Positions 16,600 through 23,345 of a stretch of 32,000 nucleotides of DNA are shown piece by piece. The DNA comes from Occallatibacter savannae (lineage in GTDB: Bacteria; Acidobacteriota; Terriglobia; Terriglobales; Acidobacteriaceae). Position 1 is the first letter of the stretch, and each line of letters begins with the position of its first letter. A program made the translations under genes and the position numbers. The notes beneath the pieces are model-generated. The model worked only from the letters and a program-made list of their open reading frames with translations. It was not told the origin of the DNA and did not search any database. Where the stretch lies: positions 301,016 to 333,015 of the forward strand of contig NZ_QFFY01000002.1 in the NCBI RefSeq assembly GCF_003131205.1. Direction: 5' to 3'.

Positions 16600-18972
16600 A
16601 TGTCAGCGCTGACCGGGGAACTGGTCCTTGCCAGACGAGGAGAAGGCGAGTTGAGCAAGATCACGCGTGTTGCTTTGGTGAAACGTGAAGCATTGAAGAT
16701 CAGCTTCTTAGGACTCAGCCTTCCTTTTCTGTGCCTCTCCTTGCCCGCTCAAATGGGCCAGTGGGGATGGATGGGGGGAAGCGACCTGTTCCAACGCTGC
16801 AATCAGAGTTGCGTCCTGCCTGTGGGAGTCTACGGGACACTGGGAGTGACAGCACCTTCTAATGTGCCGGGAGGCAGAATGTCAGCGGCGACCTGGGCAG
16901 GCAAGGATGGGCATTTCTGGCTTTTCGGAGGGGACGGTTACGACTCCTTTGGATACGACGGGAATCTCAACGATCTATGGGAATTCGATCCAGTTACGAA
17001 CCAATGGACATGGAGAGGCGGAAACAGCCAACTGCCTTTTGGTCAAAACGAGCAGGCGGGATGGCCCGGCTCCTATGGAGCATTGGGAGTGGAGGCACCG
17101 TCCAATCACCCTGGGGGAAGGCAACAATCGGCTGCCTGGACTGATCAAGCCGGAAGGCTTTGGTTATTCGGGGGCGAAGGATATGGAACGGTCAGTGGCT
17201 TAACAGGCAATCTCTTGTTCAATGATCTCTGGGTTTTCGATCCCTCAAATGCTGAATGGACGTGGATAAGCGGGAGTAGTACTGCGGGAACCAGTCAGAC
17301 AGGCCAAGCGGGTGTATATGGGACGAAAGGGATTCCGGCGAAAGGAAATAGTCCGGGAAGTCGACTCGATGCAGTGAGCTGGGTCGATCAAAGCGGCAAC
17401 CTATGGCTCTTTGGAGGATACGGTTTCGACTCAGCGGGGCAGGGCGCTTACCTCAACGATCTGTGGAAGTTCGACCCGGTCAACGAGCTTTGGACCTGGA
17501 TGAGCGGCGTCGATGCGACTGGAATCGGGGTGAGCGGTGAACCCGGAGTTTACGGAACTCTCGGAGTTCCTGGACCAGCTAACACTCCGGGGGGGAGACA
17601 GGGAGCAGCTAGTTGGGTTGATAACAATGGAAACCTCTGGATGTTTGGCGGAAGAGGTCTCTCGAGCATCAGCAGTTCCGATGCATCCCTGAATGATCTC
17701 TGGGAGTACAGCCCATCCACAGGCGAATGGACATGGATGGGAGGAACCAGCAACCTTTCATGCGCCGAACTCTGCGGCACTCTCGGTGTATACGGAACTC
17801 TCGATACCCCATCAGCAGCGAACTTTCCAGGAGGCCGGAGCCATGCAAGCCACTGGACCGACAGGGGCGGCAATTTCTGGTTATTTGGCGGAGAAGGGTT
17901 TTCGTCCCGAGGTCAGCTCCTTCATCTCGCCGACCTTTGGAAGTTCTCGACCAAAAGCAATCAATGGACCTGGATGGGGGGCTGGAGCGTTGGAAGATCG
18001 TGCGCAGGTGGCAGCCCAGCCTGCGATTGGCCGGGTATCTATGGAACTCTTTTGAATCCCTCGATTTCTAATTCACCGGGATCGAGAGAACGATCGTCTA
18101 GTTGGACTGATGCTCAAGGCAACTTGTGGCTCTTCGGAGGATACGCTGCAGATATCACGAACATCATCGCGCCTCTCAATGATGTTTGGAATTATCAGAT
18201 GGGGACAGCTAGTCCTTCGGTTGCGAATCCACCAACCTTCAATCCTGTTGCCGGCACGTACACAGCCTCGCAAAGTGTGACGTTCGCTAGCTCGACCAAC
18301 AACGCAGCTTTCTACTTCACATTAGATGGAACGACTCCGACCACAAACTCATATGTATCGTCTTCAGTAAGCGTCAACTCATCAGAAACAATCAAGGCGA
18401 TCGCAGTAGTTCCTAACTTCCTCAATAGCCCGGCAGCTTCTGCGACATACGTCATAAACCTCCCAGCCCCGGATTTCACGTTTAACGCGTCACCTGGGAC
18501 CATCACGATCAGCCCTGGCGGAAGCGGAAGTGTGACTCTGAGTGTGACGCCGCTGAACGGATTCAATTCGACAGTAAGCTTTATCTGCAGCGGTTTGCCG
18601 AAGGGTGCTTCCTGCGCATTCAATCCATCAACCGTGACCCCGTTTATGGATTCAGTTGCGACGACGACGCTCACTATAGGTGAAACCGCACTCGCGTCGA
18701 ACATGGACACTCATCCGTTTTGGCCAGGAACGATCGTTATCTCGTGTGTGTTTGCGCTGAGTTGGAAGAAGGGTTGTATTAGGCGAAACTTTCGTTTGCT
18801 TGCAGTAGCAATCGTTGCGCTCGGCGGGATCGCGGCATGCGGAGGGGCTAGCGGAGGGGCTGGCGCAGTCGGCAATGGAGGGCCCAGTCAAACACCATCA
18901 ACGGTGTCGATCACTGCGACGTCAGGTTCTATCCAGAAGACAGTGAGCATTTCGCTGGTGGTCAAACAATAG
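16600..18972 (+). CDS. Six-blade Kelch/galactose-oxidase-type beta-propeller surface protein with chitobiase-C-like and Ig-like C-terminal domains
   Basis: Six ~60-aa repeats of G[VI]YGTLGV..PSN.PGGR...W.D..G..WLFGG.G......LNDLW.FDP....WTW.GG. These are followed by GTYTASQSVTFASSTNNAAFYFTLDGTTPT (CHB_HEX_C-like) and an Ig-like segment. The true start may be the GTG at 16678, giving leader VKREALKISFLGLSLPFLCLSLPAQ. Confidence 0.8.
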   Translation: MSALTGELVLARRGEGELSKITRVALVKREALKISFLGLSLPFLCLSLPAQMGQWGWMGGSDLFQRCNQSCVLPVGVYGTLGVTAPSNVPGGRMSAATWAGKDGHFWLFGGDGYDSFGYDGNLNDLWEFDPVTNQWTWRGGNSQLPFGQNEQAGWPGSYGALGVEAPSNHPGGRQQSAAWTDQAGRLWLFGGEGYGTVSGLTGNLLFNDLWVFDPSNAEWTWISGSSTAGTSQTGQAGVYGTKGIPAKGNSPGSRLDAVSWVDQSGNLWLFGGYGFDSAGQGAYLNDLWKFDPVNELWTWMSGVDATGIGVSGEPGVYGTLGVPGPANTPGGRQGAASWVDNNGNLWMFGGRGLSSISSSDASLNDLWEYSPSTGEWTWMGGTSNLSCAELCGTLGVYGTLDTPSAANFPGGRSHASHWTDRGGNFWLFGGEGFSSRGQLLHLADLWKFSTKSNQWTWMGGWSVGRSCAGGSPACDWPGIYGTLLNPSISNSPGSRERSSSWTDAQGNLWLFGGYAADITNIIAPLNDVWNYQMGTASPSVANPPTFNPVAGTYTASQSVTFASSTNNAAFYFTLDGTTPTTNSYVSSSVSVNSSETIKAIAVVPNFLNSPAASATYVINLPAPDFTFNASPGTITISPGGSGSVTLSVTPLNGFNSTVSFICSGLPKGASCAFNPSTVTPFMDSVATTTLTIGETALASNMDTHPFWPGTIVISCVFALSWKKGCIRRNFRLLAVAIVALGGIAACGGASGGAGAVGNGGPSQTPSTVSITATSGSIQKTVSISLVVKQ

Positions 18973-19529
18973 CCTGCAACTGCAATCGGATTCTGAGCGT
19001 ACGACCGCCCATACGGAAGTTCCTTCTAGATAGCACGAGTTGGCCTGCTGCCGTTTTGCTGACATTGAGCGTTCAAACGCTGCCGAGTAACCTGGTTCAA
19101 CACTTTCATCAAAGCTTCCGCCTTCTCGCAACGAGGGGAAAGTCGCCACGGCATGAACCGACGATAAGCGTATCCCACTCTGCGTCAGGCTAGGAGTCGC
19201 CAATCGATCCAGGGCCGCCTCCGGGTCCGTCACTGCAGGGGCGCACCTCACCGGATGTCAAGCAGCCTTCCTCGGCGCACAGTCTCCATCCGACAGAAAA
19301 TACGTGACTTACATGTAGTAAGCGCGTTTGCAGTCTATTGCGACAAATTCGTCATACTTGAAGTATGACTCTCATCTCTGCTCGTGCCGTACCGTCCATG
19401 ACCTACCAGGACCCGCTAAGTCCTTTGTTATCAAACACCCTGTGTCTAACTTCAATTGGGAGATACACTTAGAGCGCACGCCATCCCGTAAGCTGAAGAA
19501 ACCAAAGATACTTGTTTACAAGCTATATA

Positions 19530-19548
19530 GGGAGGGGGCGGGGGAGGG
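19530..19548 (+). other. Canonical G-quadruplex motif GGGAGGGGGCGGGGGAGGG
   Basis: Four G-tracts of at least 3 nt separated by single-nt loops, in an ORF-free region just after a TATATA stretch. Confidence 0.6.
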
Positions 19549-19611
19549 TATCGGTAAAGAACTGAAGCGCAGCGAATTCAATTCTCAGGGCCGCTCACCG
19601 TTGGACCGCCC

Positions 19612-19902
19612 TCAGCGAACCCGCCGTTTGCAGATCGGCCCGGCCTGCCAGCTCTGCGTATCGAACATCCGGCGGGACGTGCATTTATGGCACGTCTGGT
19701 GCGAGTCATACCGGCCCAGTAGCTCATCCCCGTTCGCACGCGGCCAGCTCCACGCGTGCGCCGGACAGCGCAACGCCAGCCAGAGCCGGTCAAGGCCCTC
19801 CACGATCTCGAACCCGGCTGGAATTGCAATTGGCGCACTCCGGCGGCCGAGCTTCGCGGAGCGGGGAAGAAGTTGAGTTGTTGCCACGATTGAAACCCTC
19901 AT
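19612..19902 (-). CDS. Possible small Cys/His-containing (zinc-ribbon-like) protein
   Basis: ORF with LRCPAHAWSWPR...YDSHQTCHKCTSRRMFDTQSW. A C.H...WP...Y..C..C...R.FD...W pattern is one I recall in small acidobacterial hypothetical proteins. There is no clear SD, and the start is uncertain (ATG 19902 or GTG 19803). Confidence 0.35.
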   Translation of the reverse strand: MRVSIVATTQLLPRSAKLGRRSAPIAIPAGFEIVEGLDRLWLALRCPAHAWSWPRANGDELLGRYDSHQTCHKCTSRRMFDTQSWQAGPICKRRVR

Positions 19903-20200
19903 CGCACTGCGCGGTCTTGGAGCCGGCGCAGTTGTGTGTCACGTTCGGTCCCGGCTCCGCACGTCAAACATCAACGTTGTAGGGTCGTTCACTCGTGCAC
20001 AGCGCTGAGCGGTTCGGAAACTGAGGTTATTGTAAGCACAAGGCAGGTCTGAACCAAGGCAATCTTTCTGGCCCGCGATCGTCCGGCCCCACCTTATGCA
20101 CCTTCAGTTTCAAGGAGACATAACGCCTTGAAAGTGATTTGGATCACATCTCTGCGCCAGCCCGCGGCAGCCAGTCGAGTTCCGCACGCCGTTAGGACGC

Positions 20201-20231
20201 AAAAAAGCCCGCCCTCTTGCTCGGCAGGCTT
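20201..20231 (-). terminator. Orphan rho-independent terminator (minus strand)
   Basis: Minus strand reads AAGCCTGCC-GAGCAAGAG-GGCGGGCTT followed by TTTTTT. The stem is 7 bp with one G.U, extendable by two A-U pairs. No annotated minus-strand gene lies upstream of it. Confidence 0.6.
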
Positions 20232-20494
20232 CCTGCTAAAAAGTGCGCTCAACACTTGCAATGCAGATGCACCATCTCCAAACTAGGCAACGGGCCGGGC
20301 TCCGTCAATCACTCCTCGCCTCGCGCCGCGCACTTTGGTTTGCGACGGATTCGGCTTCGGAATCTGCAGCCTTGCATCCACCGCACGGCTCGAAGCATTA
20401 CACGAGCGTAAACGATCTACTTACACAAACGAAATCAACGATTTACGCGCAACCAGATCTCGCCTTTGCCGCATCTGTTGCTGTGTGCGAAGAA

Positions 20495-20821
20495 ATGTCG
20501 CTCGATTCATTTCCGCCGGAAGTCACTTACTTGTTGAGGTGTCCAGTGAGTTCCGCCATATCCACTGTCGTCATTAAGTCCGACCAGTCGTTCAGTCGGT
20601 TTCCCCAACTCGGCCAGGTCGTTGGTGTTTCCGGAACGCAGGGTCTGTTTGTGGTGATGGAAGTCGATCGTTCCAATCGAATCGCCCAGCTCATGGAAAA
20701 ATCCGGTAAACACCGGCTCATCCAAGTCCCGTTCGCGCGCGTTCGTACCTTCAATCGGAACCTCGCGCAGGCCATTCATCGCTTTCTCGACTCCCGGGAA
20801 GATCAGTCGAAACAACGCTGA
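20495..20821 (+). CDS. Hypothetical protein (108 aa)
   Basis: ATG at 20495 within the longer 20243 ORF. Hand-counted GC3 is about 63%, higher than the antisense frame. It lies 70 nt upstream of the HIT gene on the same strand. No family is recognised. Confidence 0.4.
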   Translation: MSLDSFPPEVTYLLRCPVSSAISTVVIKSDQSFSRFPQLGQVVGVSGTQGLFVVMEVDRSNRIAQLMEKSGKHRLIQVPFARVRTFNRNLAQAIHRFLDSREDQSKQR

Positions 20822-20890
20822 CTGGAGCCAATCCACAAAACCGCAGGCGTCCGGATCGCAGTAGAATCCGGACGCCTGTAGACTTTTTGC

Positions 20891-21229
20891 ATGAGTTGCG
20901 TATTCTGCCAGATCATCGACGGAAGCATTCCTTCCAAAGCCATCTACCAGGATGAGCACTGTTACGCCTTCGCCGACATCAAGCCGCAGGCGCCTGTCCA
21001 CATCCTCGTCGTTCCGCGGCAGCACATCGCCTCCATCGCCCACGCCGAAAAGGACCATAAACATCTGCTCGGCCACCTGCAGTGGGCCGCCGCTGAAATC
21101 GCCCGAACCAAGGGCCTCTCGCAGGGATACCGCACTGTCATCAACACCGGTGAAGACGGCGGTCAGACCGTGGACCACATCCACGTCCACCTCCTCGGCG
21201 GACGTCCGATGTCTTGGCCTCCAGGCTAA
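20891..21229 (+). CDS. Histidine triad (HIT) nucleotide-binding protein
   Basis: CVFCQII...YQDEHCYAFADIKPQAPVHILVVPRQHI and the HIT motif VDHIHVHLLGG. Confidence 0.92.
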   Translation: MSCVFCQIIDGSIPSKAIYQDEHCYAFADIKPQAPVHILVVPRQHIASIAHAEKDHKHLLGHLQWAAAEIARTKGLSQGYRTVINTGEDGGQTVDHIHVHLLGGRPMSWPPG

Positions 21230-21332
21230 TCGTCGGGAATCAACGCTCCTCAGCCTTCAGCATTCATGGTGAAGTAGCTGTGCCCCATCCATTCGGCCCC
21301 TTCTGCCGAATGGGTAGGAAATCAACCTTCGC

Positions 21333-21369
21333 ACAAAAAGCGAACAGGGTGCCGATTGGCACCCTGTTC
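21333..21369 (-). terminator. Rho-independent terminator of the receiver-like gene
   Basis: Perfect 12-bp stem GAACAGGGTGCC/GGCACCCTGTTC (21342-21369) with a 4-nt loop. On the minus strand it is followed by GCTTTTTGTG. It lies 24 nt after the stop. Confidence 0.85.
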
Positions 21370-21392
21370 AGCTTCTGACATCAAGTTGCGGA

Positions 21393-22316
21393 TCAGAACG
21401 CCGGCTGAGGAACGTACTCGTCTTCCTCTTCTAGCCCGTACCTGCGCAGCAGGTTCGGCAGGCTCTGCGAGAACGCGGACCGCGGCATCACCGTGTCGCA
21501 TCCCGCTTCGATCGCCTTCAGCTTCAGATCGCCCTGAAGGTGATTGAGGAAGCCGATGATCGACGTAGCCTTCTTGAACTTCGTCTTGAACTTCGGAATC
21601 AGCGTCATGGGTTTCGCGTTCAGATTGTTCAGATCGAAGACGAGCAGTGTCGGAGGCTCCGTAGCGTCCGTAATCCGCGAGACGGTGTCCTTCTCGCCCT
21701 TCACGAACTCCACCTTCACGCCCAGCTTTTTCGCCGTCTCCTGGATCTTCGCCTGGAAGAACAGGTCGTCGATGAAGCAGAAGATGCGCGTAGGAGCATC
21801 AGCCCGCACCGCAACGCTCGGCGAACCGACGTTCACGTCGTAGTAGTTCGAGCTGTGGTGCCCGTTTCCTGAAGTCGGAATCGTCGAAGGAGGCGCATCT
21901 GCAACATTGCCGTTCGCAGCACGATAACTGTGGTCCATCGGCCCCACAAACATCCGCGGACCCTTCTGCCTGTCCTTGCGCCGGCCCTGATGTTGAGGAA
22001 CAATGCTGTTCCCGGGCTGCGGCTGAGGCTGCTGCGGTCCGTTCTTCTGCTGAAAGAACTTTTTCTTCTTCCGGTGTCGCCCAGAGCCTTGCTTCTGCTG
22101 CTGGCCCCCCTGCTGCTGCTGAGCCTGCATCTGCGGCTGCGCCTGCTGCACCGGCGGGCTCTGCTGCCCCTGGCCCTGCTGCGGCTGCTGTCCGCCCGGC
22201 TGGTTCGACTTGTTTTTGCGGCGACGCCGGCGGCGCCGGTGTCCTTGCGACTGTCCCTGCCCATTGGCCGGGACTGGCCCCATTTCTGGTTGAGGCGCTG
22301 TCGGTTCTGTTGTCAT
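21393..22316 (-). CDS. Receiver-like (CheY-fold) domain protein with ~170-aa N-terminal Q/G/R/K-rich low-complexity region
   Basis: ATG at 22316 with AGGAAG 7 nt upstream (the ORF track's 22334 start is GTG). The C-terminal ~130 aa, RIFCFIDDLFF...TLLVFDLNN...IIGFLNH...AGCDTVMPRSAF, resembles a response-regulator receiver. A strong terminator follows at 21333-21369. Confidence 0.75.
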   Translation of the reverse strand: MTTEPTAPQPEMGPVPANGQGQSQGHRRRRRRRKNKSNQPGGQQPQQGQGQQSPPVQQAQPQMQAQQQQGGQQQKQGSGRHRKKKKFFQQKNGPQQPQPQPGNSIVPQHQGRRKDRQKGPRMFVGPMDHSYRAANGNVADAPPSTIPTSGNGHHSSNYYDVNVGSPSVAVRADAPTRIFCFIDDLFFQAKIQETAKKLGVKVEFVKGEKDTVSRITDATEPPTLLVFDLNNLNAKPMTLIPKFKTKFKKATSIIGFLNHLQGDLKLKAIEAGCDTVMPRSAFSQSLPNLLRRYGLEEEDEYVPQPAF

Positions 22317-22749
22317 GCGTGCACTTCCTGGCACTCTGCTCTGTATTGCCCTTGCTACTCTGGGTCAGCAACTTCGATTCCGGGGTGCTGAACTGCCCTC
22401 ACTCCGCCACATCGTCTCCTGAATACGGAGTCGATTCGGCTGCAAGCTCTAGTTTTCTGAAAGCCGCATACGTTGACGGGAACCGAAGTCTCGGCGCACT
22501 TGTTCGCGAATCGCAATTCCCAGGACGATTGAACGGCGGGTGTGTACCTTTCCTGCCCAGCGCACGACGTCGATTTCTTTTTGCTCCCTCGGCAAACATC
22601 TGCCGTCAGGATCCCCGCAAAGAACAACGCCTATTAATCTGATGCACCTTCAGGGCCAAACATCCAAATCGAAATACTCAGGTCTCAACCCAGCCGGAAC
22701 CTGCCTCGACATGCTTCTGCAACCAAAGTCGGTACGTTCTCGTCGGCGT

Positions 22750-22915
22750 TTCCCTGGGTATTGCCTGTCCTATAGACGCTCCGGACTCCCGTCAAAATGG
22801 ACGCTTCAGCGGTCCGAAGATATCTTTTGTCAGCGGCGAGCCTTCTCTGCCCGATTATGGGTGGATCGCATCAGCCGCCTGATAGGCAAGTTTGATAGTA
22901 CAGGCTCCCAGGGAA
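22750..22915. repeat. Nested long-range inverted repeat (166 bp; MITE-like element or structured RNA)
   Basis: TTCCCTGGG (22750-58) pairs with CCCAGGGAA (22907-15), GCCTGT (22763-68) with ACAGGC (22900-05), and CCTAT (22769-73) with ATAGG (22882-86). All three are nested and co-linear. Confidence 0.5.
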
Positions 22916-23013
22916 CCGCGCAAGTAGCACAACCGGCTCGCGTCTGTTACGAGCCCAATCCACGGTAATGTGAGCAGCTTCAGACTTTACCTGGGCCGAG
23001 TCCAGCCCAAACG

Positions 23014-23047
23014 CACGAAACGCCACTTCTTCGAGTGGCGTTTCGTG
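23014..23047. terminator. Perfect 13-14 bp hairpin (possible terminator; strand ambiguous)
   Basis: ACGAAACGCCACT-tcttcg-AGTGGCGTTTCGT plus a flanking C-G pair. The minus strand continues CGTTTGGG and the plus strand TCCCTGCG, so neither has a strong U-tract. Confidence 0.4.
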
Positions 23048-23345
23048 TCCCTGCGCTGGTCACTGGCCTCCCAGCAAGTGCGGCCGGTGGTTTCTCCACC
23101 GCGCCTTATCCAGGCTCCCCAGCCGGTCTGCCGCTTCTTTGGCGGTTGCTCTTGCCGGGTGCCTGCTCTTTTGCGGTCTGGCCGGATATTCTCCAGCAGC
23201 CGGTACATCACTGGCACTCTCTAAATAGCAATCGCTGTGCCGTTCGCCCTTACCTTTGCTTTCAACATCTTGCGAGCTGCATGAGGTGCGATCCGTTTCG
23301 ATTCTGGTACGCGAAGCTGTTTCAACTTCAAAAAACAATAGATCG

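Noticed and set aside
19328-19876. A 182-aa + ORF, and the 18922..19251(-) and 16394..16612(+) ORFs, in the low-GC island.
   Set aside because: They have no SD and no recognisable motifs, and their composition is Ser/Arg/Cys-rich and unlike the real genes here. 19328..19876 also overlaps the more plausible small minus-strand ORF.
22020-22260. Imperfect CTG/CAG trinucleotide runs as an independent repeat feature.
   Set aside because: They are the coding sequence for the poly-Q/G region of the receiver-like protein (minus strand), not a separate element.
22600-22990. An RNase P RNA-like motif on the minus strand: GGGAGUCCGGAGCGUCUAUAGGACAGG near 22760-22795, with GAAGCUG at about 22975.
   Set aside because: Only the CR-I-like stretch resembles bacterial type A RNase P. 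I could not find the other conserved regions (GGUAAG/GUGAAA, AGAUGAAUG, ACAGAACCCGGCUUA) or correct P4 spacing. GC is also too low for a structural RNA in this genome. An Infernal scan with the RNaseP_bact_a model would settle it.
23312-23340. Hairpin GAAGCTG-ttt-CAACTTC next to an A6/T6 run just after the mutM stop, considered as its terminator.
   Set aside because: On the mutM (minus) strand the U-run precedes the stem rather than following it. On the plus strand the stem is followed by an A-run. Neither orientation is a canonical intrinsic terminator.
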